A stretch of DNA of 64,000 bases, from assembly GCA_951406725.2 (NCBI GenBank), contig OX597816.1, positions 133,982,001 through 134,046,000 of the forward strand, given 5' to 3'. The translations under genes and the position numbers were made by a program. The DNA is from Octopus vulgaris. Lineage: Eukaryota. The first letter of the stretch is position 1. Each line of letters opens with the position of its first letter. The notes beneath the pieces are model-generated. The model saw nothing but the letters and a program-made list of their open reading frames with translations. It had not been told where the DNA came from and made no database searches. This document shows positions 24,980 to 37,229 of this stretch, one piece after another.

Positions 24980-27900
24980 TTAGGAAGATGGATACGTTAG
25001 GAGTTCAGAACTTACCCGAAAAACTTGCACAAACCTTGCTGGCCATCGAACTGTTCTTCCTGATTTGGTGTGTCGGGGTTGTGCAGAATCTGTGGTGTTC
25101 GCTGGAGTTGCCGAGTCTGTTTGAGGAAAAGAGGGGACTGAATGTAAGTCCTCCTCGATGAAAGCCTTTTTTAAACGATCAATCGAGACCGTATTTCGTT
25201 TACCTCCAATATCGAGGACGAAATACTTGGGTTCTCTTTTGATGACCTTGTAGGGCCCGGAATATGGTGGTCGAAGTTGAGAGGGTATCCCATCATTCCT
25301 CACGAAGACATGAGTCCATGTGTTGATATCTTTTGGGACACGTGAAACGACGTTCTGTTGTCTAGGGCCTGAGGGTGATACTTGCGACATGGATGTTCGT
25401 AATCGGTGCACATATTGTTGTGGGTCAGGGAAGTTTTGTGAAACAGGTTCGATCATCTGCCCAGGTAAGGTGAGTGTTGTGCCATAAACGAGTTCGGCCG
25501 GAGTATATCCCAGTTCTTCCTTAATCGTGGATCGAATTCCAAGGAGGATGAGAGGGAGATGTTCCAACCAGTGAGAACTGTCTGGAGCTGCTTTTATAGA
25601 TGCCTTGAGTTGGCGGTGAAAGCGTTCCACCATGCCATTTGCTGCAGGGTGGTAAGCTGTAGTGCGGGTGTGTTTACACCCGAGGAGACGAGTCAGCTCG
25701 GTGAAAAGGTGGGAATCGAACTGACGTCCTCTGTCGGTGGTAATTGTTGCGGGTGTGCCAAAACGCGAAACCCATTGTGATATCAGTGTTTTAGCGACCG
25801 TTTCTGCTGATATATCAGATAGGGGCCAGGCTTCGGGCCATCGCGAGAACCTATCTACGCAAGTTAGCAAATATGAATAGTTCTGCGAAGGTGGCAGGGG
25901 TCCAACGATATCAATGTGAACGTGCTGAAATCGTGCATCGGGCTGCGAAAATGAACCGATTGGTGATTTTATGTGCCGGTGGATTTTCGCTTTTTGGCAC
26001 GCAACACAGCACTTGGTCCATTCTCTGATATCCTTGTTGATACTGGTCCACACAAAACGGGTCGATATTAGCTTTTGAGTGGAGCGAATACCAGGATGTG
26101 ACAGAGAATGTAGAGCGGAGAAAACTTCTCGACGATATTTCTGTGGTACATAAGGGCGTTGGTAACCAGTGGAAATATCACACCAAATATGGGCTGTGGA
26201 TGATGGTAGTGGAACATGCTGAAATTTCAGAGATGACGAATTCCGGAGCTTTAGAAGTTCTTCGTCATTCTCCTGGTCAGCTGCTATACGTGCCAGATCA
26301 ATTGTAGACGTGGTGTGGATAGCATTGATCTGCGCACGTGAAAGTGCATCGGCTGCCACGTTGGTCGTCCCTTTGATGTGGCGTATATCCGTCGTGTACT
26401 GCGATATGAAGTCGAGGTGGCGTATTTCTCTTGGCGAATGGCGATCCGGTTTGGTGTTAAATGCGTATACTAATGGCTTGTGGTCGGTATATATGGCAAA
26501 ATTGGTACCTTCTAGCATATGACGGAAATGCTTAACGGCCAGGTATGCCGCCAATAATTCCCGACTGAATGTGCTGTATTTGGTTTCCGCGGGTTTTAAC
26601 CGCTTAGAAAAGAAAGACAACGGTTGCCATATACCGTCAACAAGCTGTTGTAGCACACCTCCGATTCCGGAATCGGATGCATCAACGAGTAAACATCGTG
26701 GGGCGTCTGGTTTTGGATAAACCAACATGGTAGCGCTAGATAACGCTTTTTTCAGGGCAGCGAAAGAAACGAGTTGATCTTCGGTCAGAGCTATAACTGC
26801 ATTTTTGCCGGTTCGCTGACGTAGCAAATCCGTGAGCGGTTGCGCTATTTCAGCGAGGTGGGGCACGAACCGTCGATAGAAATTCGCTAGACCGAGATAT
26901 TCCCTTAATTTGCGGAGAGATGTGGGTGGTGGAAAATCCACGATGGCCTTGACTTTCTCGGGAAGGGGACGAATTCCATTTTTATCGACTATATGGCCGA
27001 GAAAATGAAGGGAAGCAACTCCGAACAAACATTTAGTAGGGTTGATAACAATTCCGAATTTACGTAAACGTTCGAATAGCAGGTGAAGGTGTTGATTATG
27101 CTCTTCGTCCGAGTTACTGGCCACGAGTATGTCGTCTATGTAGGCATAGACGAAAGGCAAACCTCTAGTCACCATGTCGATAAACCTTTGGAATGTCTGT
27201 GCCGCGTTTCGTAAACCGAAAGGCATACGCAGGAATTCAAACATTCCGAAAGGTGTAGTCACTGCTGTCTTTGAGATGTCTGCAGGTTCGACTGGGATTT
27301 GGTTGTATGCTCGCACCAGGTCGATTTTTGAAAAGATGCGAGCTCCATGCAGCGAGCTTGAAAAGTCCTGAAGAAAAGGCACCGGATAGGCATCACTGAT
27401 AGTGCTTTTATTCAGTGATCGATAATCGCCGCAAACCCGCCAATCGGTCGATGATTTTTTTGGGACGCAGTGTATCGGCGAGGACCAGTTGCTGCTGGAA
27501 ACGCGGATGATTCCGAGGTCGAGCATGTGCTGGAATTCCCGCTTGACGGCCTGGAGACGATCAGGTGGTAACCTTCTGGGCCTTGCAGCAACAGGTGGAC
27601 CGCTGGTTTTGATGTGGTGGGTAACGTCGTGCTTTATCGGCTGGTTATGAAAAACTGGCCGGGCGACATCTGGATAATCATTCAGGATGGAACTGTGACG
27701 AGTCGTTGTCGTAAGCATTACAGTTGGGCTGACTGTGTCCATTCGAGCGGCTATACCGCGCACAGTAAGCTTGGTGGTGGTGTCGACAAGTCGTCTGTTC
27801 TTTATGTCTACCAGGAGACCGAAATGATGCAGGAAATCGGCTCCTAAGATAGGGGTCGGCAGTTTAGCGACGACGAATACCCACTGAAATGTGCGGCGTA

Positions 27901-28222
27901 GTCCTATGTTTAATGTTAGGGACTGTTCACCGTAGGTTGGAATGGGTGAATGGTTGACTGCTTGAAGACAGACTGATGTCTCTTTTCTTTTTCCGGAAGT
28001 GTTGGAGACTGGTATGATGCTGACTTCCGCACCTGTGTCAACCAGGAAACGCGTGCCTGTTACACGATCGCAAACGAAAAACAGGCGACTGTGTGGGTGC
28101 GAACCAGGAACTTCCGTCGCGTTCAATTCCTGGCTGTGCCGTTTCCCGAACTGGGTGAGGAAAACGAGCACGGTACCGTACATTTTTGTGCCCGTGTTCC
28201 GAATGTTCGGTGGTACCAACAC
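24980..28222 (-). CDS. pol: Gypsy Pol (protease, RT, RNase H, integrase); probably entered by -1 frameshift near 28141
   Basis: LVDTGA protease, YIDDILV RT, LVDASD RNase H, H..SH..C..C zinc finger and DDE integrase in one open frame. Confidence 0.95.
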   Translation of the reverse strand: MLVPPNIRNTGTKMYGTVLVFLTQFGKRHSQELNATEVPGSHPHSRLFFVCDRVTGTRFLVDTGAEVSIIPVSNTSGKRKETSVCLQAVNHSPIPTYGEQSLTLNIGLRRTFQWVFVVAKLPTPILGADFLHHFGLLVDIKNRRLVDTTTKLTVRGIAARMDTVSPTVMLTTTTRHSSILNDYPDVARPVFHNQPIKHDVTHHIKTSGPPVAARPRRLPPDRLQAVKREFQHMLDLGIIRVSSSNWSSPIHCVPKKSSTDWRVCGDYRSLNKSTISDAYPVPFLQDFSSSLHGARIFSKIDLVRAYNQIPVEPADISKTAVTTPFGMFEFLRMPFGLRNAAQTFQRFIDMVTRGLPFVYAYIDDILVASNSDEEHNQHLHLLFERLRKFGIVINPTKCLFGVASLHFLGHIVDKNGIRPLPEKVKAIVDFPPPTSLRKLREYLGLANFYRRFVPHLAEIAQPLTDLLRQRTGKNAVIALTEDQLVSFAALKKALSSATMLVYPKPDAPRCLLVDASDSGIGGVLQQLVDGIWQPLSFFSKRLKPAETKYSTFSRELLAAYLAVKHFRHMLEGTNFAIYTDHKPLVYAFNTKPDRHSPREIRHLDFISQYTTDIRHIKGTTNVAADALSRAQINAIHTTSTIDLARIAADQENDEELLKLRNSSSLKFQHVPLPSSTAHIWCDISTGYQRPYVPQKYRREVFSALHSLSHPGIRSTQKLISTRFVWTSINKDIREWTKCCVACQKAKIHRHIKSPIGSFSQPDARFQHVHIDIVGPLPPSQNYSYLLTCVDRFSRWPEAWPLSDISAETVAKTLISQWVSRFGTPATITTDRGRQFDSHLFTELTRLLGCKHTRTTAYHPAANGMVERFHRQLKASIKAAPDSSHWLEHLPLILLGIRSTIKEELGYTPAELVYGTTLTLPGQMIEPVSQNFPDPQQYVHRLRTSMSQVSPSGPRQQNVVSRVPKDINTWTHVFVRNDGIPSQLRPPYSGPYKVIKREPKYFVLDIGGKRNTVSIDRLKKAFIEEDLHSVPSFPQTDSATPANTTDSAQPRHTKSGRTVRWPARFVQVFRVSSELLTYPSS
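28085..28147 (-). other. -1 programmed ribosomal frameshift signal (G GGA AAC plus H-type pseudoknot)
   Basis: Slippery heptamer 28147-28141 in gag phase; 6-nt spacer; stem 1 GCCAGGAAU/GUUCCUGGU; stem 2 GCGAC/GUCGC. Confidence 0.8.
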
Positions 28223-28998
28223 GTGTCATGTGAGCTCCGGGTAGCACTAGGGCTTCGGGACCGTCTGCCATCTCGTCGAGATCGGCTGGTGCTTCGACGC
28301 TGGGGACTAAACTTTAGGGCTTGTATTTGGGCTGTGAGAATTTGTATTTGCGCAGCTTGCTGCGTCATTAATGCACGCAAATCCGAAATCTCTGAAGAAC
28401 TGGTTTGTGCACGGAAAGGATTGGTACTGGGAGCGGCTGGCGTCACCGTCGATACCGTTGGATATCTGTGCGGTACTTCGGCTATTTTGTCAGCTAGCTC
28501 CGCCAGTTCTTCAAGGGATGTGTTTTCTCTGGTGGACGCGAGAACAACCTGGGTATTGGAGGGCAGACGCTGGAGAAAAAGTTGCTTGAAGATTTTTTCT
28601 GGGAGCGTCTCATCTCCGAGAAGCTGTTTCATTCTCCGAAGAAGCTGGGACGGCGTTTTGTCACCCAATTCTTCCGATATCAGAAGCTGGTGAAGTCTTT
28701 TTTGTTGGGATTCTGAGGTTCTGTTTATTAACGTGGTTTTAAAAACTTCATATGAAACAGAACCGGGTGGTGCCATGATAAGGTCGCGTATCACGTTCGT
28801 TATTTCTGGTGACAGAGAACTGATAACGTGAGAAAGTCGAGCCGCATCGCTCGATATTCTGTGAGAGGCAAACTGTGCCTCTATATGGTGAAACCACAAT
28901 GTCGGGTCGTGGGTCCAGAATGGTGGAATTTTTAACGAGATCGCCGCTTGGAATGCCATGTCGATATTGGCCGCTGGGTTTTGTTCCGGGAGATTCAT
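28123..28998 (-). CDS. gag: Gypsy Gag (PPFW..DP.LWF N-terminus, C-terminal C-x2-H-x9-C-x3-C motif)
   Basis: 291-aa ORF directly after the PBS, overlapping pol, which lies in the -1 frame. Confidence 0.92.
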   Translation of the reverse strand: MNLPEQNPAANIDMAFQAAISLKIPPFWTHDPTLWFHHIEAQFASHRISSDAARLSHVISSLSPEITNVIRDLIMAPPGSVSYEVFKTTLINRTSESQQKRLHQLLISEELGDKTPSQLLRRMKQLLGDETLPEKIFKQLFLQRLPSNTQVVLASTRENTSLEELAELADKIAEVPHRYPTVSTVTPAAPSTNPFRAQTSSSEISDLRALMTQQAAQIQILTAQIQALKFSPQRRSTSRSRRDGRRSRSPSATRSSHDTCWYHRTFGTRAQKCTVPCSFSSPSSGNGTARN

Positions 28999-29103
28999 TG
29001 TTTTCGTCGGAATTTTCTGTTGCTTCGTTGCTGGTGATGTGCAAACTGTAATTCTTCGACGCGGTTGATGAAGCTGGTTCCGGGGAAGGCGCGATTCGTT
29101 TTA

Positions 29104-29114
29104 CGGGGTCACCA
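29104..29114 (-). other. primer-binding site complementary to the tRNA-Trp 3' end
   Basis: TGGTGACCCCG, 2 nt inside the 5' LTR; same 5' part as the tRNA-Trp PBS of avian retroviruses. Confidence 0.8.
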
Positions 29115-29116
29115 AA

Positions 29117-29700
29117 TGTAGTGGATGCGTGGATGTATTAATAAATACATAAGTGCTTTGTAATAAATTAAAGATTTATTATCACTACATCAATTTGTAA
29201 GCAATGTTACACATCGCTTGTACAAAATGCATATTAAATAGTGGTTGCAAATAATACATATTAAAGGAATGCATAATACAGGATACACATTAAAGCAGAA
29301 TATGTTTGATGGTGTGTGTGTGTGCGTGTGTGTAAATAATGCATGACAGAGTCACCTTTCTGAATATTCTTTCGTCGTTCTCATAAATGCGTGGCGTTCT
29401 CTTAAACGTTGATTCGGGTTCTCTCTAGATACCTATTTCTCCGTTCTATTTATAACATCTCAAATAGCCAGAAAAATAGATATACCGCAAGAGAGTTATC
29501 ATTAAAGTAGGTCGCTGGTCGTCCTGTTAAACTTCGCCTGACCTGCTCGGGTCAGAGGTCGAAGGGAGACGATCCATCATTTTTTGTCAGAACAAAGAGA
29601 TTCTGATTTCGCGCCTTTTTGTGCATTGGTATTTTACGACCAATGATTCTTGGGTCTGATTTCGAATCCAAGCTTTGAGAAGGAAGTGCTAATTCTTACA
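29117..29700 (-). repeat. 5' LTR of the Gypsy element
   Basis: 584 bp, TG..CA termini. Confidence 0.95.
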
Positions 29701-29704
29701 AGTT

Positions 29705-30533
29705 CGATGAAGAGCGATTAAACCAACTTTTGCACGAATATTCTCGTCAAACGACAAGGGAACTGCCAGAGAGAATGGAATGCTCCCACACTACTATAGA
29801 GAAGCATCTTCACTCGATGGGAAAGGTTCAGAAGTATGGAGTATGGGTTCCGCATGCTTTAAGTGACAACAAAAATCAACGAGCCACAATTTCCGCTGGT
29901 TTGCTTGCTCGTCACCGCTCAACTCATGGACACAAGCAACGATTTCTTTACCGAATCGTTACTGGCGACGAAAAATGGTGCCTGTACATCAATATGAAGC
30001 AGCGTAACGAATGGCTTAGCCCAAGTAAACAAGCGACACCGCGCGTGAAACAAGATCATCATCCACGTAAAACGATGTTGTGCGTATGGTGGGACTGGGA
30101 AGGGATTATCCATTATGAATGGCTTGAATGGAACCAAACGGTCAACGCGGAACTCTATAGTCAACAGATGGAACGACTCAACACGGCTATTCAAGAGAAA
30201 AGACCTAATCGACAGCATGGAGTTCTTCCGCTGTACGACAATGCCCGCCCTCATATCGCCAATATGACCAAGGAAGCCATTCAAACGCATGGCTGGGAAG
30301 TGCTGCCACATCCGCCGTACTCTTCTGATTTCGCACCAACGGATTTCCACCTTTTTCGATCTCTTTTAAATGCTATGCGCGGAGTTCCGTTCAATACTGA
30401 TGCAGAATTGAGAGCTTGGTTGGATCGGCTTTTCGAGTCGAAATCGCGTGATTTCTACCAACGACGTATTGAAAATCTTGTTGAACGTTGGGAAGAAGTT
30501 GTAAACAAAAACGGTGAATACATTATTGATTAA
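29705..30533 (+). pseudogene. mariner transposase, catalytic part
   Basis: WVPHAL, TGDEKW, YDNARPH and PPYSSDFAPTDFHLF motifs; 34 residues between the 2nd and 3rd Asp. Confidence 0.92.
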
Positions 30534-32399
30534 TTAGTTGTTATTTTTTATTAAACCTTTTAAAAAATTTAAATTTAAAAAAAAAAAACGTTGGGAACTT
30601 AGTTGCCAACCTAATATTTTCCTAGTTCAAAGTAATTCTGCTTTCTCTGATTGATTACTTATAAAATTAACTTTCCACATGCTAAGTTAGGCATGTTGTA
30701 AGGAACCTAAAGAAATAAAGATTTAGCAAAAATCTAGAATCTCAAATAGTTTGCGTTCTCCAGACTTATTTTCTAAACTAATCGTTTCTACTGAAGTGGC
30801 ATTAATTTCTCCAAGAGGATTTACATACACAGAAGCGTCACAGTAGACTTAAGACATTTTAGTAAATTCTGAAAGAAAGCATGAAATCTTTTTTTAAAGT
30901 TTTCTGATAATAAATAAAATCTTTTAAAGATAACGTGCAAATCTTTTCTTTTCATGAGTTTTCCTCTTTCTTTGAATCAGTCCTGTGATTGCATCAATAT
31001 TCTTTCTTTCCAGTAGCTTAGAAAGACTTTCTTCAGGAAAATGATAATGTTAGACATGTAAGCTGATCAGAGAAAATGTCAATCAGCATTACTGAGAAGT
31101 TTTATCTGCAACTTCAGTTTGATTTTGATTTTTTTGTATAGAAACTCATAATTTTCAACAAGAAATGCATTTCTAAAAAATCATATTCTAACTACATTAC
31201 TGAAGGCTTCTTAAGCTATTAATGAATGTTTTTTTTTAATGTTCATGATATGCTCAATTTTCTTTCTGTTATTGGTTTCAAAATAAAAGATACAAGTGAA
31301 CATCACTGTTTCACTATCATATATGCAATCTAAGTGTTCTTTAGAATATATCACAATGTTCTGTATGAAAGATTAAAGCAGTAATTTGTCAGATATACAA
31401 GAAAAGAATAATAATAATAAAAAAAAAAGAATGAAAATAAAGTACAAAAACTGACCTACCCTACAGAAAAGGTACTTGTCTAGATAAAATATCTATATCG
31501 AAAGAATACCGATTAATTATGACACCTGACATAATAGATAGATATTGATTAGTTTGTATGATTTGTAAAGAACACTAAAACGTTCAGCAGCTCATGTGAC
31601 TGAATAGGATAACAATATAAGAGACAAGACTGAATAAAAGAATAAAAATAAACAAAATATTACATTACTAAAAATAGGAAAAATAAAGGGAAAAAGACGA
31701 AGAATGAAAAGCCAAAAAAAAAAAAAAAAAAACAAACAAACGGAAATCTTTATGCAGTCTTTATCTCGTCAACGGTTTTGATTGTTTTTAGCAGCCGACA
31801 TTTTGATTAATTTCTATAAAGACATCAGTTTATGTAGAATTTCTGTCTACGCTTGAGTGGTTTCCTTTCTGCAGTATTTACAAAACTATGCCACCACTAA
31901 TAAAATCAATGTTTACTTGAAAGAGAATTTTAAAAAAGTTTAGAAAATAGTCTTTCTACTTCAATTTTCTTAAAAGCTAAATGATCGTTAGGGGTGAGTG
32001 CTAACTGGAGTCACTATTTTTAAGAGTATGGTTAAGTAAAAAAGTGGAAAGGGTGCGAAGATTGAATATTTGATCTATTGCTTGCAACTTCCTCAGAACT
32101 GTAAACAATTATCGATAATGATTTTCATTTTTGTAGTCATATTTGTTGTAAAGTAGGAGATAGTAAACTAAGTAATTAACCTCAGTGAATTTTTTTTCTT
32201 CAAAAAGATATTCTATTAATTAGTCTTCCTCTATAATGCACATCATCGTTGTGTCGATGTAAAAAATTATTATATTAAAAATAGTGTTGAGTTAGCACTA
32301 AAAATGGTGTTGAATTAGTTAGAGATTTCTATTTTGATTGAAGTAGATTCCCCTCGTTTGTACTCTTTATACTCTTAAGAAGGGTATAAACACCTATTC

Positions 32400-32590
32400 C
32401 TTTACTACCCACAAGGAGCTAAACACAGAGAGGACAAACAAGGACAGACAAATGGATTAAGTCGATTATATCGACCCCGAAAGGATGAAAGGCAAAGTCG
32501 ACTTCGGCGGAATTTGAACTCAGAACATAACGGCAGACGAAATACGGCTACGTATTTCGCCCGGCGTGCTAACGTTACTGCCAGCTGATA
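32400..32590 (-). mobile_element. young SINE family B copy
   Basis: CpG-rich; box B-like GAGTTCAAATTCC followed by GCCTTTCATCCTTTCGGGGTCGAT. Confidence 0.7.
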
Positions 32591-33057
32591 CCATCCAATC
32601 ACTGAACTCTAAAAATATTAATCCCAAGAGGGCGCCTTTACGTCTGTCTGGCCACTTGACATGCTTGAAATAGCAGCAAAATCTTTTTCAAATCACACCA
32701 CATGGTCTTAAAGAAGACCATGAATTTCACAATAAAGTTCACAACAAGCAGAATAGATAGGATAGTCATGACTGGAATGCTTTTGATCATAGGTTTACTT
32801 AACCACAGCTGATCTCTGGCTAAATAACAATAATAAGTTTTAAAGTACTGATCCCTTGTACCTAGGCAAAAGAAATATTTACTAGCAATACCCATGATAA
32901 TTCCACTACCCACTTCCTTCCACTCCGTAAAATATTCTGTTTTCAATTTCTTAATCTTTTGATTTATTTCCAGGAAATCTTGTCTATTCTCTTCAGTCAT
33001 ATTTTCTCTTCTAGACTGTTTTATCATTCTGGCTCATGCAAAATATTCTTGCCTCTC

Positions 33058-33450
33058 ATTATTACCTCCGCCTTCGCTAAGGAGGATTAGCTAATGCAGA
33101 GGTGCTGTTTTCAGTCATGTTTGTTTGTTTGTTTGTATGTCCATGGACAAAGTATCTCAAGAACCACTGGATGGATTTAGATGAAACATTCAGGGATGTT
33201 TGACCTCATGACTGGCACAAACTGATTATATTTTAGGATCAATCTGGTACCGGATAAGGGTTTTGGATTATTTTTCCTGTCTTTTTACTTAATTTTTGAG
33301 AGTGGTTGGGTTCAATTTTAGTATTCTAATTTGTGAGAGCAGTTGAGTTTATTTCAGATATTATCAATTTAAAAATCATCTCCAGCTAATCGTTGAGAGG
33401 ACGTTGGTGTTGCCTAGGTGGCGTTTTGCACTCCCAGAGTGCTCTTGTTC
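33058..33450 (+). mobile_element. Helentron/DINE-1-like non-autonomous element
   Basis: TTATTACCTCCGCC 5' motif, (GTTT)n tract and 3' GCACTC..GAGTGC hairpin; related fragment at 63520-63630(-). Confidence 0.55.
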
Positions 33451-34299
33451 ATGTTTTGATGCCTTATTTAATTAACAATAGTCATTCTTTCTATATTAGC
33501 TTTAGCTTTATTGTTCATCATATAACAACTTCTAGCTCCCTTTCTTGCATTAATTTCATTCCCATTCCCGACTCTCCTCTCTTTATTCCTAATCCTTATT
33601 CCTTCTCTTTACCCTTTCCCCAGTTCTTCCCTATATCTTCTCTGCTTCTCTTGATTTAATTCTCACTGCTGTGCTCTATGATCAATGTCCACCATTTTGA
33701 TAATAACATAATTTAAGAAGCACTTGATATTAAATAGTTGGTAACACCTGTATCTGGGATATATTACACATTTTTATGAAGAAAGTTAGGAAGATAGTAA
33801 TTGATATGCAGTTTGTTGGGAAAACTCTGTATCTAGGACATTCCGTTTAACACATTTTTACAAAGGAGGAACATGGCAAAATTGTTAAATCAGTCATAAA
33901 ATTGCACAACAAATCCTATTTTGAATTATGAAGTCCAAAGATTTTCTACTGTTTAAATTATTATTTTATTTGCTAGATAGAGAATGAAATAACTAAAGAT
34001 AATGATGTCAACAATTTTCATAAGTGGTCTTACTCTTCTTTCTCTATCTCTCCTTCCTGTTAAATCTAGTTCTCATTCTCACTCTCCTAACTTTCTACTC
34101 ATCCCATCCCTCACCCACACACATTTAATTTACCTCTCACTCTTACTCTGTCTCTCCAACTTATTTCAAAACATAAACTCAAATAGTTGATGAAAACCTT
34201 AAAAAATTGTTTTTATCCAATGATGCTTTTGGTTACATGGTTGAAATAATGATTTAAAATCTGAATAAAGTATAGATGTTCAACAAGAAAATTAGCAGA

Positions 34300-35200
34300 A
34301 TAGATATCTAAGAATAAAAAGAATATATCTTTCTCTTGTTATTTAGTCCTTGTTTTCTGCAGCAGGCACAAGTGTTGGTACAAAAAGAATCAGAAAAATT
34401 GTCTTGTGATCCTTGCTCTTTTGATAGAGTAATACTGTACAGATAAAGTATTTACAACTTTAAAACTGAGAAGCTTTTAGCTATCACAGCAAATTTATGT
34501 AAGTTGGTGCCTGCTATATAAGCATATACCAGCAGAGTTAACTGGTCCTCGGTATCCCTAGCTCCAGAAGTTGAGCTCTCATCAGCTATAACAAATGTTT
34601 CTTAAGGCAATAATTTCAGAACAATATTTCACTAGCATTATATACTTGTTCTGCTGTTAACAATTTAAAAGTGATTATCTTTGCAAACTCTTCAATGTAT
34701 TTTTTTGTCTGCTTTATGATCAACTGATACCATATCAAATTTTTGAGAATATTCACAGCTGTTTTTCAATATTTTATTCCTTATGACAAACTTTTGCTTG
34801 TCTGGTGATCATCAGTCTGTTAAACAGTACTTGTTCACTTCAACATAGACAAATATACTTTGTCATCATGTGATAAAGATCTTCAGGTTTTGGTGTATGC
34901 AATGTTTTTTACATTTTTCATTAATTTCTGTCAAAACTTTCAGCAAAGAACTTCAAGCTTTTTTTAGCTTCTTAGATTATTCCAACACCAAACTCCTCAG
35001 TTGAATACACACTTACACTAACTGTTGAATTTTTCCAGTAACTTCATTTTCTATACTTTTGATAAATATGCTTCCGCTCTTTGGACAGTTAGTGATATCT
35101 GTAGGGTATTTTCAATATCTAACAGTCTAATGAATAGCCCACAAAATTTCTAAATACTTTAGGGAATTTTCCGTTCGCAGTGCTTCTCTTGCTCAACAAA
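34300..35200 (-). mobile_element. degraded pogo/Tigger-type transposase remnant
   Basis: Minus-strand fragments EQVYNASEILF..CL.KTFV..ESS.SG..D.LTLL....AG...KFAVIAKS..FK....L.V.Y..KRA.IT resemble the Tigger DDE domain; many stops and frameshifts. Confidence 0.65.
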
Positions 35201-35854
35201 TTTTCTGATTTTGTAATTTCAGAAAAAGGACCATGTTTTGTTTATGCATTTCATCTTTAGCACATTTTCTAAAGCTGGTTGCTCTTACTATCATCAGCTG
35301 CTTTACAGTATGTGAAATTATGCCAATATAATTTCCCAGAGGAGTTCCTAAACAGCTGCTACTTTAGTATAGTGCCCCAACCATATGCTTTGACTTGGTA
35401 AATGGAATGTACTATCATACTAAGGTAAACTTTTTAAAAAATATGAAAAAGCTATACAATAGAACTAGGTGAACATATTTTTGGAGACAGTATTGTTATG
35501 AAAGATGGACATAATGGAAAACGTGTCATTATGTCAAGAATTAAAATGAGATCTTCTGATACAATTCTGCTATTCACTTTTACATGATTATAGCTTCCAT
35601 TTTGACCATCATTTGCAAAGACAGTCAATACATTTTTACAGTCACTTACTGACAAAGACAGTTCTGTTCCCCACACCCATGAAATGGATCTATTTTCACA
35701 TGAACAATTGTATGTAGGTCCGCCAAAAACTAGATTGGGAGCTGCAGATAAATGTTGGAAAAAGTCACTAAGATTGTTTATTCTAAAATTTTCCAGCATT
35801 AAGATATTTTTTATCATCTGGATACCTTATACAGAGTGCCAGTAAATATATATA

Positions 35855-36226
35855 GGTACAGGAGTGGCTGTGTGGTAAGTAGCTTGCTTACCAATCACAT
35901 GGTTCCAGGTTCAGTCCCAGTGTGTGGCACTTTGGGCAAGTGTCTTCTACTACAGCTTCAGGCCGACCAAAGCCTTGTGAGTGGATTTGGTAGACAGAAA
36001 CTGAAAGAAGTCTGTTGTGTGGGTGTGTGTGTGTGTGTTTGTTCCCCTAACATCACTTGACAACCGATTGTTGGTGTGTTTATGTCCCTGTAACTTAGGG
36101 GTTCAGCAAAAGGGACCGATAGAATAAGTACTAGACTTACAAAGAATAAGTCCTGTGGTTGATTTGTTCGACAAAAGTGGTGCTCCAGCATGGCTGCAGT
36201 CAAATGACTGAAACAAATAAAAGAAT
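35855..36226 (+). mobile_element. SINE family A copy followed by (TA)n
   Basis: Homologous to 43561-43962. Confidence 0.8.
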
Positions 36227-36228
36227 AA

Positions 36229-36280
<52 letters not shown>

Positions 36281-36615
36281 GTTTACTGGCACTCTCTTGG
36301 TTACAATAACGTGTGTTCCAGTTGAACAGCTTGCTCATGAAATTAAGATGCAAGTGGAAGAGCATAGAATTAATATATTCTCAAGAAGATTAAGAGTGAC
36401 AAGGCTGGCCCTTTGAAATACAGGTACAACTAATTTTTTCCCTGATAAGTACACTCAAGCATCATGAAATAAAGAGTCTTGTTGAAGGACACAATAGCTG
36501 TCGGGAATGAAACTCACAACATTACAATTTGTGAGCTGAATACCCTAATCACTAAGTCATGTGCCTTCACTGGTCTGGCATGGCTGATTGGACATTCAAC
36601 CTATTTTAACAACTG

Positions 36616-36661
<46 letters not shown>

Positions 36662-36689
36662 CACATCTACATATATATTCTATCTTTCA

Positions 36690-37090
36690 TCATGTTTCAG
36701 TCATTAGACTGTGGCCATGCTGGGGCACTGCTTTGAAGAATTTTTAGTCAAATGAATTGACCCTAGTACTTATTTTTTTGTTAAGTTTGGTACTTATTCT
36801 ATCAGTCTCTTTGCTGAACTGCTAGGTTACAGGGATGTAAACACACCACTGTTTGGTTGTCAAGCAGTGGTGGGGAACAAATATAGACACAAAGACACAC
36901 ACACACAAAGATACATATACATACATATATATGACAAGCTTCTTTCAGTTTCCATCTACCAAATCCATTCACAAGGCTTTGGTTGGCCCGAGGTTATAGT
37001 AGAAGACACCTGCGAAAGGTATCACACAATGGGACTGAACACAGAACCATGTGGCTGGGAAGCAAGTTTCATACCATACAGCCATGCCTG
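36690..37090 (-). mobile_element. SINE family A copy
   Basis: Reverse-complement homology to 35855-36226. Confidence 0.8.
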
Positions 37091-37101
37091 TATTATATAT
37101 G

Positions 37102-37151
<50 letters not shown>

Positions 37152-37229
37152 CAGTAAATCATAAATCCAAAAGAGAAGCACGGTCTAAGTCATAGACCAG
37201 TAGAGTATTTAAAGAATGTTAGTTATGTT

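Larger units (their letters stand above)
23832..29700 (-). mobile_element. full-length Ty3/Gypsy LTR retrotransposon
   Basis: Two 584-bp TG..CA LTRs, 4-bp TSD AGTT (23828-23831 and 29701-29704), PBS, PPT, gag and a PR-RT-RH-IN pol. Confidence 0.97.
23461..30614 (+). mobile_element. mariner (D,D34D) DNA transposon interrupted by a Gypsy element
   Basis: TIRs ttgggttggcaactaagtt / aacttagttgccaacctaa with TA on both sides; transposase halves on either side of the Gypsy. Confidence 0.93.

Noticed and set aside
25559-28693. Plus-strand ORFs overlapping the Gypsy element (e.g. 200 aa at 28091)
   Set aside because: Antisense shadows of the GC-richer gag/pol frames, with no recognisable motifs.
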